Shown here one piece after another: positions 8,704 to 19,399 of a DNA stretch of 64,000 nucleotides. Position 1 is the stretch's first letter. Every line of letters starts with the position of its first letter. The notes below the pieces were generated by a model. The model saw only the letters and a list, made by a program, of their open reading frames with translations, was not told the origin of the DNA and searched no databases. The stretch spans positions 15,041 through 79,040 of the forward strand of contig CAXXTN010000007.1 of the NCBI GenBank assembly GCA_963666175.2, in the 5' to 3' direction. Made by a program: the position numbers and the translations under genes. The stretch comes from Candidatus Poribacteria bacterium (GTDB lineage: Bacteria; Poribacteria; WGA-4E; WGA-3G).

Positions 8704-10584
8704 TTAGTAACGGAGAATCGTCGTTGAATCACCGATGATCCACAAAGTTCCGTTCTCTGTTCTAACAATATCTCTTAGATTGTTTCCAGTGGGTGAGTTT
8801 TGTTTCAACCAAGTCACACCACCATCTTGGGTATGCAATATAATGCCTTTATCACCGACTGCCCAACCTTCTTTCTCAGTAACAAAAAGAACGGCATTTA
8901 TATTTTCTTCTGTAGGTACAGTTTGATCAATCCATGTTCCGCCACCATCAGTCGTGATCATGATTGTACCTTGGTTGCCAACTGCCCAAGCAATTTGTGG
9001 ATTAATTCCATAAACATCCTGTAATTCAGCAGAACCAAATGTTATCTGCCAAGTAGCACCACCATCCGCAGTGCTGGCGATTGTACCTGCAAATCCAACA
9101 ATCCACCCAGTTAGCTTATCAATAAAATGGACACCGAATAGATTGTTAAATCCAGCCCCCTTAAACATAGGGTCAATGTCAACACCTTTCCACGTATCTC
9201 CGGCATCTGATGTTGTCATTACTTTTCCTGTTTCTCCAACAGCCCAAGCGTGGGTAGGAGAGGCGAAACTTAGACCATAAGATCCCATAGCACTTTTCCA
9301 ACTCATAGCACCTTGAAACTGGATTCTTGTTGCTCTACCATGACCTTCATCTCCTGGATCACTCACACTTTTCCAAGTTTTTCCACCATCAAGCGTTTCA
9401 AGCAAAGCAGCATTACTCCCAACAATGTATCCTTTTTTTTCATTTATAAATCCAACACCGAAAAGTTCAAATACATCTCCACTATTTTGTGGTGCCCAAG
9501 TTTTTCCACCATCATTCGTATGTATGACACTTCCAGCTAATCCAACTGCCCATCCGAGATCATTGTTGTGAAAATGTAGCGCACGTAATTCCTTTGCGTT
9601 TGAGACAATATCCCACGTTTCTCCACCATCCATCGTGTGTAGAATTGTTGACTTCTCTCCGACTACCCAAGCTTCGGCAACACTTTTCATGTGCACACCT
9701 TGCAACCGTGATGCAACAGGACGAGAATCAATCGGTTCCCATGTCCTTCCACCATCAAACGTTCTAAGTACAACACCGAATTCAGCTGCAGCAACTCCCA
9801 CATTCTTGTTAGCGAAATGAACATCCCATATAGGTTCTGGCATACCATTGGAATTTGGCACATTGCTCTGCTGTACTTCCCAATTGATACCATCCTGTGT
9901 GGAAACAACAGCACCACCAGCACCCACTGCCCATCCAGTAGTATCATCAAGCATAGAGATTGCATCAAGTGTATTGACCGTTGCACTTGTCTGAAATTCC
10001 CAATTCATTCCACCATCGGTAGTATGAAGCAGAGTACCACCACCACCTGCAGCCCACCCAACATGAGGACTTACAAAGTGTACGCCTTCAATTGTGTTAT
10101 TTGTTTCTATCTCCTGCCGTTGCCAAGAAAGTCCACCGTTGTCTGTATGCATTACAAAACCGCCATCGCCACATGCCCATCCGTTGTGCTCATCTACGAA
10201 TGAGACTCCTAAGAGTGCTACGCGGGTATCTGTAGTTAATTTCGTCCATTCTTGTCCACCATCAACTGTTTTTAGCACCATGCCGTTCTCACCGACAATC
10301 CAACCCATTTTAGGATTAATGAACCTTACTTTCTTAAACTCATTTATGAAAGGCAACATTTGATTGGGTTGTTGTTTCCAAGTCTTACCACCATCAGCAG
10401 TATTCAGAATAGTTGAATTGCTCCCGACAATCCATCCGTTCATATCATCGACAAAAAAGACATCAGAAAAACTTGCCTGCCATGTAGATTCATTAACCAC
10501 TTTCCATTCTTTTTGGGCAAAGACAAACGGTGCAAAACAAAATAATATAGTCAATAGAGATGTGAAAATAATCCTTCGTTTCAT
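8704..10584 (-). CDS. Secreted BNR/Ycf48-like multi-propeller repeat protein
   Basis: More than 12 repeats of the (T/S)xDGGxTW type (TADGGKTW, TVDGGQEW, TDNGGLSW, TTDGGMNW...). I place the start at MKRRIIFTSLL (signal peptide ...FVFAQ). The track ORF extends to 10632. Confidence 0.75.
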   Translation of the reverse strand: MKRRIIFTSLLTILFCFAPFVFAQKEWKVVNESTWQASFSDVFFVDDMNGWIVGSNSTILNTADGGKTWKQQPNQMLPFINEFKKVRFINPKMGWIVGENGMVLKTVDGGQEWTKLTTDTRVALLGVSFVDEHNGWACGDGGFVMHTDNGGLSWQRQEIETNNTIEGVHFVSPHVGWAAGGGGTLLHTTDGGMNWEFQTSATVNTLDAISMLDDTTGWAVGAGGAVVSTQDGINWEVQQSNVPNSNGMPEPIWDVHFANKNVGVAAAEFGVVLRTFDGGRTWEPIDSRPVASRLQGVHMKSVAEAWVVGEKSTILHTMDGGETWDIVSNAKELRALHFHNNDLGWAVGLAGSVIHTNDGGKTWAPQNSGDVFELFGVGFINEKKGYIVGSNAALLETLDGGKTWKSVSDPGDEGHGRATRIQFQGAMSWKSAMGSYGLSFASPTHAWAVGETGKVMTTSDAGDTWKGVDIDPMFKGAGFNNLFGVHFIDKLTGWIVGFAGTIASTADGGATWQITFGSAELQDVYGINPQIAWAVGNQGTIMITTDGGGTWIDQTVPTEENINAVLFVTEKEGWAVGDKGIILHTQDGGVTWLKQNSPTGNNLRDIVRTENGTLWIIGDSTTILRY

Positions 10585-10851
10585 TACAATTCCTCCTCCA
10601 ATTCTCATGATTTTTTTATACAAATAAACCAAATATGTTAAACAAATGCTATCAATTTTATGTGATAATATCTATAAATTCGTTAAAGTATACCACTTCT
10701 CATAATTCTAAGTCAACGATAATTTGGATTGTACCTACTACAGACTAATTGCTAAATTTGTTCTTGTCAAAGTGCGTTAAATTTGCTATGATTGTATGAT
10801 AATCTCACATCAAAATGATTTATAGTAAAACTGATTATGGTGAAGCATAGA

Positions 10852-10935
10852 ATTATATCTACACTTTCTATCAACGGTAGGCGAGGTTTCCTAACCTCAC
10901 TTCAGCAATGTGTAGAATTAATTCAATAATTTACC
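10852..10935 (+). repeat. ~85-bp palindromic intergenic element, copy 2 (REP-like core GGTAGGCGAGGTTTCCTAACCTC)
   Basis: Aligns with the reverse complement of 3846-3926. It lies in the same orientation relative to the downstream gene (10992 +) as copy 1 does relative to the WD40 gene. Confidence 0.7.
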
Positions 10936-10991
10936 ATAGTATTTAGGAGACTGCAATATAACGCAGACAAAACTTGATTTAGGAAAATAGA

Positions 10992-12119
10992 ATGATCAAT
11001 TACGGCAATGGTTCAGTGCATCCTTCAGAACTACAAGAATTTGAAGACGAAAAGACCGGAGCACATATCTATCAACTCACCAACGACAACACAATCAACC
11101 ACAATCTCTATTTCCTCACCCCATCCTTTACACCCGACCAAAAACGCTTAGTTTTCACTTCATATCGATCTGGTAAAGCTAACTTCTATCAACTTGAATT
11201 TCCTGACGGTGAAATAATTCAGATAACTGATGGTGAAGCAGTTCATGGATATTCTGGTGTAATCTCAAAAGATGGAAAGGAACTCTATTATACAGAAGGA
11301 GAAACTATAAAGGCAATTCATCTTGACACACTGGAAGAACGGGTGTTAGCAGAATTTGCTAAGGGAAGTCTCGGTGAATGCAGTGTGAGTGCTGATGAGC
11401 AGTATATAGTTACTGCAATGAAACGTGATGACAAATCACACATTACCGTAACTGCAACCGATGGCAGTGGTGGTGACATCATCTATACCTCACCCAATCA
11501 GACAATTATTCATCCACAGTTCCATCCTACGCATGCAGACCTTATTGCTTATTCGGGGGATCCAGCACCACGCATGTGGACGATTAAACGTGATGGATCT
11601 GATAACCGAAATCTCTATCAACATGATAACAATGAGTTTCTTGTGCATGAAACCTTTCTTGGTTCACAAGACGAATTGATCGTTACACATTGGCCCTATT
11701 CTCTACGGCGTATATCGCTGGATTCTCTTGAGATGCGAACTATCGCCGATTTTAATGCGTGGCACATTGCAAGTAATCGCGCAGGAACAAAGGTATTGTG
11801 CGATACGGTTCACCCTGATATTGGGTTGCGGTTGGCTGATGTGGAAACGGGAGAACATTCGCCTATCTGTTATCCTCAGAGTTCGTCAAGCGGAAGTCAG
11901 TGGAAAAAAGATAGATATGCCGTTGCTGAAGATTGGGCAGCTGCGCAACAATCAGGTGATAGAGAAAAAGCGTTGAGTTGGATGGAGATGAAGGTGGATA
12001 CCGTGTATGGACCACAGTGGACACATCCGCATCCATCGTTTAGTCCTGACGAAACATCCGTGGTATATACATCAGATGTATCGGGTCATTCACAGGTTTA
12101 TGTTGCAGTGATTCCGTGA
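10992..12119 (+). CDS. Oligogalacturonate lyase (PL22)-like beta-propeller protein
   Basis: The N-terminus D.KTGAHIYQLT...HNLYF...FTPDQKRLVFTS.RSGKANFYQL and the C-terminus QWTHPHPSFSPDETSVVYTSDVSGHSQVYVA resemble enterobacterial Ogl as I remember it (...THPHPSFTPDDKQVLFTSD). Confidence 0.65.
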   Translation: MINYGNGSVHPSELQEFEDEKTGAHIYQLTNDNTINHNLYFLTPSFTPDQKRLVFTSYRSGKANFYQLEFPDGEIIQITDGEAVHGYSGVISKDGKELYYTEGETIKAIHLDTLEERVLAEFAKGSLGECSVSADEQYIVTAMKRDDKSHITVTATDGSGGDIIYTSPNQTIIHPQFHPTHADLIAYSGDPAPRMWTIKRDGSDNRNLYQHDNNEFLVHETFLGSQDELIVTHWPYSLRRISLDSLEMRTIADFNAWHIASNRAGTKVLCDTVHPDIGLRLADVETGEHSPICYPQSSSSGSQWKKDRYAVAEDWAAAQQSGDREKALSWMEMKVDTVYGPQWTHPHPSFSPDETSVVYTSDVSGHSQVYVAVIP

Positions 12120-12156
12120 TAATGGTAGAAGAAACGCACTATAAGGTAGAATGCTA

Positions 12157-12846
12157 TTAGTCAATCAGGAAAGGTAGAATCTGTTGTAAAGCATCCTCTT
12201 GTTTCGCAAAGTCTTTTAGTTCAGGATTAAGGCTTATCGCTTTTGCTAAGGATTTTACAGATTCTGTTGCTTCATCAGTAAGTGCATAAGCAATTGCCAG
12301 ATTATAGTGAAGAAGAGGTGCATCAGGAAAGGATTGAAGCGCGTGGAGACATATCTCACGAGCATTTGTCGGTTCGTTCATCCGTAAATAAACAGTCGCG
12401 AAATTCACATAACCTTCAGGAATGTCTGGATTCATTTGAATTACTTTTTTGAAGGTGTCAACCGCTTCTGTAAATTGACCAGCAAACATATATGCTTGTC
12501 CCAGATTGTTATATGCCGAAGGTTCATTTTTGAAGAATATTGTACGACTTTTGTTTTTGATAGCTTTCTGATACGATTCAATTGCCTTTTCGTGTTCTCC
12601 GTTTCGCATCAAGAATAGTGCTTTTCTATAGTTGTCATTGAACAGCGATTGATGCTGCCACACCCATAAGAATAGTACAGTCGCTGCAATACAAAATGTC
12701 ATGCAACCGATTCTGAATCCTTTATTTGTAGGTGCTTGCTCAGTATCAGAATCTTCTAATGCATCTGTTTCATTATTGATGTTAGAGTCTGATACAACAT
12801 TTTCTATAGGTTCTTGACTCTGATTTGAAGTATCGTTATTATTCAT
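12157..12846 (-). CDS. Membrane-anchored TPR-repeat protein
   Basis: 229 aa with one TM helix (IGCMTFCIAATVLFLWVW). It is followed by about 4 TPR-like units (A...Y..A+......P...AY.NLG.AY...G.+.EA). Confidence 0.75.
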   Translation of the reverse strand: MNNNDTSNQSQEPIENVVSDSNINNETDALEDSDTEQAPTNKGFRIGCMTFCIAATVLFLWVWQHQSLFNDNYRKALFLMRNGEHEKAIESYQKAIKNKSRTIFFKNEPSAYNNLGQAYMFAGQFTEAVDTFKKVIQMNPDIPEGYVNFATVYLRMNEPTNAREICLHALQSFPDAPLLHYNLAIAYALTDEATESVKSLAKAISLNPELKDFAKQEDALQQILPFLID

Positions 12847-12911
12847 AATTTGCTACAATATAGTAATTGCTTTTTGAGTATAATCATTTTTTCTGAGGAA
12901 TATTACAAGTA

Positions 12912-13961
12912 ATGAAAACTTACGGTTTTGGTATCATAGGCTGCGGAATGATTTCAGATTTTCATTCAGCAGCAATTGCTGATTTAGAACATGGAAAGTT
13001 AGTAGCAGTGAGTTCTCGTAATGCTGACAATGCAAAACGACTCACTGATAAATACAATGTTGACGGTTATACTGATTACAACGAGATGCTCAAACGCGAT
13101 GACCTTGATATAGTGTGTGTCTGTACTCCCAGTGGTGCACATCTTGAACCTGCTGTTGCCGCTGCAGAAGCAGGTAAACATGTTATCGTAGAAAAGCCGC
13201 TTGAAATAACATTGCAACGTTGTGATGAAATAATACAAGCCTGTAATGATGCAGATGTTCGTCTATGTGCCATTTTCAATTCCCGTTTTACCGAAGGTGC
13301 TCAACTCATAAAATCTACCATTGATAGCGGACGGTTCGGTAAGTTAACATTAGGTAGTGCATATATCAAATGGTACCGTTCTCAAGAATACTATGATAGT
13401 GGCGGTTGGCGTGGCACTTGGAACCTTGATGGTGGTGGTGCATTGATGAATCAATCTATTCACGCCATTGACCTGCTTCAATATTATATGGGTCCTATCA
13501 AGTCTGTACATGCATTTACAGATACTTTAGCACACGAACGCATTGAAGTAGAAGATGCGGCAGTTGCAGCGCTTCGGTTTGAAAACGGTGCATTAGGTGT
13601 TATTGAAGGCACGACTGCTGCTTATCCCGGTATGTTCAAAAAGACCGAAATCTGTGGTACGAAAGGCACTGCCATATTGGAAGAAGAGGACATTACAAAA
13701 TGGGAATTTGATCCTGAACTTCCTGAAGATGCAGAGATACGTGAGAAATTCGCGCAACACACTGATACCGGCGGCGGTGCATCCGATCCACGCGCAATCA
13801 ATAACGACAATCACAGAAGACAGATGGAAAACTTTATCTATGGTCTTGAAACTGATGCATCCCATTTAGTTGACGGTCGTGAAGGTCGAAAAGCAGTTGA
13901 AATTATCCTCGCTATCTATCAGTCAAGTCATGAAGGTCGTATCGTTGAATTGCCTCTCTAA
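12912..13961 (+). CDS. Gfo/Idh/MocA family NAD(P)-dependent oxidoreductase
   Basis: N-terminal Rossmann motif GIIGCGMIS. The motifs GKHVIVEKPL and the GGGALMNQSIHAIDLL region are also present. Confidence 0.85.
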   Translation: MKTYGFGIIGCGMISDFHSAAIADLEHGKLVAVSSRNADNAKRLTDKYNVDGYTDYNEMLKRDDLDIVCVCTPSGAHLEPAVAAAEAGKHVIVEKPLEITLQRCDEIIQACNDADVRLCAIFNSRFTEGAQLIKSTIDSGRFGKLTLGSAYIKWYRSQEYYDSGGWRGTWNLDGGGALMNQSIHAIDLLQYYMGPIKSVHAFTDTLAHERIEVEDAAVAALRFENGALGVIEGTTAAYPGMFKKTEICGTKGTAILEEEDITKWEFDPELPEDAEIREKFAQHTDTGGGASDPRAINNDNHRRQMENFIYGLETDASHLVDGREGRKAVEIILAIYQSSHEGRIVELPL

Positions 13962-14051
13962 ATAACTGTTTCATAGTGGTGCGATTCATTACGCCTCGGA
14001 CATTCAAACACACAATTTTAAAGCATTTATTGGATTTGTAATTCATAGACA

Positions 14052-15017
14052 TTACGGATAGTCAAACACTATCTTAACCGCTTCGTTTTTCTTATGAAGT
14101 GCCATCTCAAAGCCCTTCTGTGCTTCGGTAAATGGTAAATGATGTGTGATTATCGGTGATACATCTATTCGTCCCTGAGCAATCATATCCATTGCTAATG
14201 GGAAGTCATTCAATACATCTGGTCCAACAGAACCGATAAATCTTATGTTCTTTCTGAAAAACTCAGAGAAGTGAAAATTATACACCTCATCGTCCGGCAC
14301 ACCAAATGCCAAAAGAGTTCCGCCACGTTTTAGTAGTTGTAGACACGTGTTAATTGTCTCAGTTTGATGTCCCACAACTTCAATAACAAGATCAGCCATT
14401 CTCCCATCTGTAATCTCTGTTACAGCAGAAACAATATCTTCATTCGCAGAATTTACCGTATGTGTTGCACGCATCTGTTTTGAAACTTCAAGACGAAAGT
14501 CAACCAAATCGGTTGTGATGATAGTTTTTGCCCCGAGATTACTAATCATGTGAGCAATCAGTAATCCCATCGGTCCTTGACCAATAATGACAACATCCTT
14601 ATTGAGTAGGTTGTCTAACTTGCGACAAGCCCATACCACTGTCCCTAATGGTTGTGACATTAGCATGCAATCTTTTCTATGAAAATCTACTAAAGGAATA
14701 GTCACACTCTCATCAGATAGAAAGTATTCTGAACATCCGCCAACATGTCTTGGGAGTGCGAGAACTTCATCTCCCACTTTGAATTTCTTTGACTTACTAC
14801 CAACGATTACACCAATTGCTTCATGAATTGAGAGTCCCTTTCCAAGTGGATACTGCTTAGAGGGTTTTTCCAGAACGAAATGTGGCATGTCACTTCCACA
14901 GATTGCACTATGTAGTGTTCTAATCATCACTGTGCCATCAGGATAATCTGCAAGATCCGGTTTGTCAATATCAATTATTTCTATTTGAAACGGGGCAACG
15001 ACCTGTCCTGCTTTCAT
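14052..15017 (-). CDS. Zn-dependent medium-chain dehydrogenase/reductase (sorbitol/threonine dehydrogenase-like)
   Basis: Contains the catalytic-Zn motif AICGSDMPHF and the nucleotide-binding motif VIIGQGPMGLL. Length is MDR-typical at 321 aa. Confidence 0.8.
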   Translation of the reverse strand: MKAGQVVAPFQIEIIDIDKPDLADYPDGTVMIRTLHSAICGSDMPHFVLEKPSKQYPLGKGLSIHEAIGVIVGSKSKKFKVGDEVLALPRHVGGCSEYFLSDESVTIPLVDFHRKDCMLMSQPLGTVVWACRKLDNLLNKDVVIIGQGPMGLLIAHMISNLGAKTIITTDLVDFRLEVSKQMRATHTVNSANEDIVSAVTEITDGRMADLVIEVVGHQTETINTCLQLLKRGGTLLAFGVPDDEVYNFHFSEFFRKNIRFIGSVGPDVLNDFPLAMDMIAQGRIDVSPIITHHLPFTEAQKGFEMALHKKNEAVKIVFDYP

Positions 15018-15062
15018 AAAAACTCCTTTTTTCTTCCTCTAAAACCATACTAAATACTATAT

Positions 15063-16043
15063 TTATAAGGCAGAAATTGTAGATAATGCTTCAGCATGTA
15101 ATATCCCGTTAGTAGCAACCACCCCTCGATTGTTTATCATCCGTCTTCCACTAAGATAACTGAGCGGGGTCCCATTTGCATCTGTAACTTTTCCACCTGC
15201 CTCCTCAACAACTATCTGTCCTGCAGCGTGATCCCAGATACATTCTCTATAATCAGGATATTTAGGATTCGGAAGACGAAGATAAAGAGAGGCTTCACCA
15301 CGCGCTACAACACCATATTTCGCTTGGCTATCTATTTGTAGTGGTGGTTTGTTGAGACCAAGTTGCTTTGCAATTTTTATATGTGTATTGCCGTCACCGT
15401 GTGTGGATTCAAAACTTTCTGCCAATCGTGAGGAATCTTCTGATACATTTGCTTTTCCTATATATGCTCCATTAGATGTATAAATAGATGTTCCTTCACC
15501 TTTAGCAGCGACAAAAAGGCAGCCTCGATCAGAATCCGGATCGTCCAATAATAGAGGGAGATTTGGACAACCTAAAACACCCAGTTGTGCTTCACCATTG
15601 ACTATCCAGGCTAATGCAATTGCATACTGATTTTGCCGCAGAAAACCTTTCGTTCCATCAATCGGATCAAGTGTCCAGAAACTATCAACAGTTTCACCAT
15701 CTCCCAAATCTATCCAATCACAGACGATATTAGGCGAGATAGTGTTCTTTTTCTGTGTTTCTTCTGGAACAAAACAATTTACGTATTCTGTCACACGTTC
15801 AAGAAGCTCTGGATTTTGTTTGAGGGAATACGAATTTTCTTCAGCAATAATGATGTCATTAGGAAAGACCTCGCTTATTGCTTTGCATATCAGGGCTTGT
15901 GAACCGAAATCAGCAACGGTGACAGGACTTCGGTCTTGCTTTCGGATAGCATCGGATGATACCATCTCTGATTGCACTTGAGAACAGAGTTTACTTGCTA
16001 TATTAACTGCATCAACTGCAATCTCAGTTTTTCGCTTAAGCAT
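15063..16043 (-). CDS. 3'(2'),5'-bisphosphate nucleotidase (HAL2/SAL1-type, inositol monophosphatase superfamily)
   Basis: DRSPVTVADFGSQALI, EE...WTLDPIDGTKGF and WDHAAG are the IMPase-superfamily metal motifs in their HAL2/SAL1-like form. Confidence 0.8.
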   Translation of the reverse strand: MLKRKTEIAVDAVNIASKLCSQVQSEMVSSDAIRKQDRSPVTVADFGSQALICKAISEVFPNDIIIAEENSYSLKQNPELLERVTEYVNCFVPEETQKKNTISPNIVCDWIDLGDGETVDSFWTLDPIDGTKGFLRQNQYAIALAWIVNGEAQLGVLGCPNLPLLLDDPDSDRGCLFVAAKGEGTSIYTSNGAYIGKANVSEDSSRLAESFESTHGDGNTHIKIAKQLGLNKPPLQIDSQAKYGVVARGEASLYLRLPNPKYPDYRECIWDHAAGQIVVEEAGGKVTDANGTPLSYLSGRRMINNRGVVATNGILHAEALSTISAL

Positions 16044-16068
16044 GTGTTAATGTGTTAATTCCAAATTA

Positions 16069-18675
16069 TTATTTGGAACCGCCTTCTGTCTTCATAAACT
16101 GAATGCTTGCGTGGATCAATGAGTCAGTTGCTCCAAACGTCAATTGGTATATCGGTTTACCCCAACTATACTTATATTCACTCCCATACGCTGATACCCC
16201 TGTTGGGATATAGTTTTCAGGCACATGTATAAATACAGAACCTTCAACTTGACGAGGAGGCTGACAGATGACAAGGTAACTTTGGCTATAGTCATCCCAC
16301 CCAGCAGATAGAATCTCAACACTTCCTTGTGTATAATGCATATCTGTTGAAAGTAATTGAGGTGTTTGTTGTTGTTCTCTCAAACACAATAATTTCGCTG
16401 AACGAGGATCCATATTCAACAAGGTTACATTTTTGGATACAATACCTAAATAATGACACATCCAAAAATCGTGTACAAGGTAATCTTTTCCAGGATTAAG
16501 CCCTATTTCATCTAAATTCAATTGCAAATCATCCTGTTGATCTTTCCAATTAAAGATACCTATGAGTTCCCATGATTCTCTATCCGTTTCAATAGGTAAG
16601 TACCATATACGTGGAAGAATTTCATCAAATACGTCAACTGATTTCGCTGCATGTCCTATAAGTGGAAATATCTTTGCAGCTAATTCAGCACGATGCTTTG
16701 AAATTTGATTAGGATTGTTTGCAAATTGTACCGATCCACCACTCATTGCAGCAGCGGTCAACTCAACCATTGTCTCATTCACAGGACGAGGTTCGTCAAC
16801 AACTAAGTCCCCAAAAACATGTTTCCACAAAACATCATATTCGTTTAAGTAACCTGCATAACGGCAGAGTCTATGTTTTGTCCCTTTTTGTTGATGCCAA
16901 CTTTCCGTGTTTTCAACATTCTTCAGTCTCAGTTGCGGATAATTTACAGCAAAACTGCCAATACTAACACTATCAATTGCATTATATCCTGCAAGGGTCA
17001 CCTCATTCTTGGATGATGCGGATGCATCTTTCAGAACTTTTATCGCACACCTGTATAGTTCTGCAGATGACAGAGATTTTTCATACCAAGTTGTATTCTG
17101 TGCAACAGACATCATTCCACTTGTATAACTTGATAAATCAACCTTAATCTTGTCAAAACCCCATTCATCTACCATCCTTTTAATAACATTTCGGATGTGC
17201 CTTTGAACTTTAGGGTGTGAAGCATCTAAGATAGAAACAGCATTATCTCTATCAGGCAGATGAACTTCAATAGGTTCATTTGCTTTGATATGCGCAGATT
17301 TTTCATTAGTTTCTGAATGTCCAGAAGACTTGTACCGTAAACAGGCTTTAGGATTCCTCTTAATAAAATCAGAATTACGATCCATAGCATAAGGATCAAT
17401 ACAAATTCCTGCTTTATAACCACTCGTATGAATCATATCAACGACAGATGCCATTCCTTCTGGAAAACTATCTCGGTTAAGAGATAAGATACCTGGATGT
17501 AGTTGCCACCCTGATTCTATATGAATGTAATCTATTCCTCCAGCGAAATCAGGATTAAATAACGGACTATTGGAGATCGATTCTACCTCTCTCCTAATCG
17601 TTTTTGCACTTACATTTCCTTGCATGTTGTCAATTGCAAAACTCCATCCAACATCAGATTTGTTAGTTATAACATAAGGTGACTTGTTGCTGATGTTAGT
17701 ATCTTGTTTTGTTGATATATTACCTTCAGCTGCTTGTCGTTGTATATAGCGAATGTAGGATGACTTGGCATCATCTGTAAAATCTATATATCCGATTTCT
17801 GATGAGATTAATTTACCTGATGGACACTCTGTATCTTCACAATCGTTATAGAGTGACCATGATGTCAGCCCTTGTTGAGTTTTACGCTTTGATTTTTCAT
17901 ACCCCATTTGCATCCGAGGCCACCACTTATCAGTCGTGATGAACCCAAATATTAGTGACTTTTTACTAACTGTGTCGTGAAGTATTCCATCCTGACATGG
18001 CTGTACGGTGTTATCACGATTAAAGTGAAATCCGTCGTAGATCTTATGACGCGCACTAGAACTGGGAGAAATCGGAGGTACCCTCAAGAATAGATTATAT
18101 TGAGAGGGATGACTATCCAATTGGATTACACCATGTTGGGGAGAAATATCAATCAATGTGATATTTGCTAAAGATATCGGTGTGTTGTTACGGTTTTCTA
18201 CCTCAACTTTCAATAAAATATATGGTTGGTCCACATAACAGTTAAGGTATGTATGAATACGGACACCGGATTCATCGGTCTGATCATCCTTACCGGTTGA
18301 AAATTCTTCAGAAGAACTTGATTTGGAAGGATTTTCTAAGTTGTCTGAATTACCGTTTGAGGTGCTTTGTTTGGATTTCCTTGTTCGTTCAGGATCTGTA
18401 GTTGTTTCGTAGGTAAAATGTAGTGTTTGGTAAGTTCCATAAGCATCTGTGTTTACAGGTTCAGTATGGAATTCACGAAACCCAGGATTCAGTGTTTTTA
18501 AAGTGGTTCCATCAGCAAAACTTATATGTGTGAATCCATTCTTTATGATAGACTTGCCATTATTATCACTATAATTCCACGTTCCTTTTGTTAGATTATA
18601 TTCAATTTTGTATTTTTGATGGTTAATTACAACGAGTTTCCCTTGTCGAGAAATGGATAGGTCCTCAAGTTTCAT
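16069..18675 (-). CDS. Large glycoside-hydrolase-like protein (TIM-barrel, alpha-galactosidase/GH36-like, tentative)
   Basis: 868 aa. The central segment IDYIHIESGWQ...GYKAGICIDPY...WGFDKIKVDL resembles clan GH-D barrels. The N-terminus carries a low-complexity S/N/E-rich insert. Family is not secure. Confidence 0.4.
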   Translation of the reverse strand: MKLEDLSISRQGKLVVINHQKYKIEYNLTKGTWNYSDNNGKSIIKNGFTHISFADGTTLKTLNPGFREFHTEPVNTDAYGTYQTLHFTYETTTDPERTRKSKQSTSNGNSDNLENPSKSSSSEEFSTGKDDQTDESGVRIHTYLNCYVDQPYILLKVEVENRNNTPISLANITLIDISPQHGVIQLDSHPSQYNLFLRVPPISPSSSARHKIYDGFHFNRDNTVQPCQDGILHDTVSKKSLIFGFITTDKWWPRMQMGYEKSKRKTQQGLTSWSLYNDCEDTECPSGKLISSEIGYIDFTDDAKSSYIRYIQRQAAEGNISTKQDTNISNKSPYVITNKSDVGWSFAIDNMQGNVSAKTIRREVESISNSPLFNPDFAGGIDYIHIESGWQLHPGILSLNRDSFPEGMASVVDMIHTSGYKAGICIDPYAMDRNSDFIKRNPKACLRYKSSGHSETNEKSAHIKANEPIEVHLPDRDNAVSILDASHPKVQRHIRNVIKRMVDEWGFDKIKVDLSSYTSGMMSVAQNTTWYEKSLSSAELYRCAIKVLKDASASSKNEVTLAGYNAIDSVSIGSFAVNYPQLRLKNVENTESWHQQKGTKHRLCRYAGYLNEYDVLWKHVFGDLVVDEPRPVNETMVELTAAAMSGGSVQFANNPNQISKHRAELAAKIFPLIGHAAKSVDVFDEILPRIWYLPIETDRESWELIGIFNWKDQQDDLQLNLDEIGLNPGKDYLVHDFWMCHYLGIVSKNVTLLNMDPRSAKLLCLREQQQTPQLLSTDMHYTQGSVEILSAGWDDYSQSYLVICQPPRQVEGSVFIHVPENYIPTGVSAYGSEYKYSWGKPIYQLTFGATDSLIHASIQFMKTEGGSK

Positions 18676-18735
18676 GCACGTTTTCCTTTGTCAGACAATT
18701 AAACACGATATTTATATTTGTTAATCAGAGAATAC

Positions 18736-19302
18736 TCAATGCTGTTTAATTCGGTAAAAACTCAAACATGTATCTCCATACTGCATGTTTCTATAACAAC
18801 TTAGTCTATTAAATACAGATGGTAGTTCTCTCTGTTTACGATGCTCTAAAAGAAGTATACCGGATGCGTCAAGAACACTTGTGTCAGAAATGTAGGATAG
18901 GCAGTGATTGTATAGATTAGAATTGTATGGAGGATCTAAATAGATAAGTTCAAATGACTTGGATTGTTGATGTAACTGATCAATTCCCCGTATTGCATTT
19001 GCACGTATCATCTGCACCTCAGGTTGGTTGATATCTAATCCTATCACTTTTAAGTTCTTTTCAATCAGCCGAAGACACATCGGATTTTTATCTAAAAAGG
19101 TAACCTCTTTAGCACCACGACTCAGTGCCTCAATTCCAATATTACCAGTTCCTGCACACAAATCTAAAAATTTTGCATCAATTACACGATCTCGTATAAT
19201 ACTGAAGATAGACTCTTTAACCCTATCACTTGTTGGACGCACAACTGTGCCTTTAAGGGAAGTAAGACTTCTTCCTTTGTATCTCCCCGCAATTACACGC
19301 AT
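18736..19302 (-). CDS. rsmD: 16S rRNA (guanine966-N2)-methyltransferase RsmD
   Basis: Contains MRVIAGRYKGRSL...RPTSDRVKESIFS, the SAM motif LDLCAGTGNIGIEALSRGA and the catalytic DPPY. Size is typical at 188 aa. Confidence 0.85.
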   Translation of the reverse strand: MRVIAGRYKGRSLTSLKGTVVRPTSDRVKESIFSIIRDRVIDAKFLDLCAGTGNIGIEALSRGAKEVTFLDKNPMCLRLIEKNLKVIGLDINQPEVQMIRANAIRGIDQLHQQSKSFELIYLDPPYNSNLYNHCLSYISDTSVLDASGILLLEHRKQRELPSVFNRLSCYRNMQYGDTCLSFYRIKQH

Positions 19303-19399
19303 TGATTACACCTTTGCAAGGAATACATAGTATAATGGTATAGGTAAGACTGATGCATTTTGGCAAAATAATTGCCTAAATGTATCTGTAACCGAAAAA

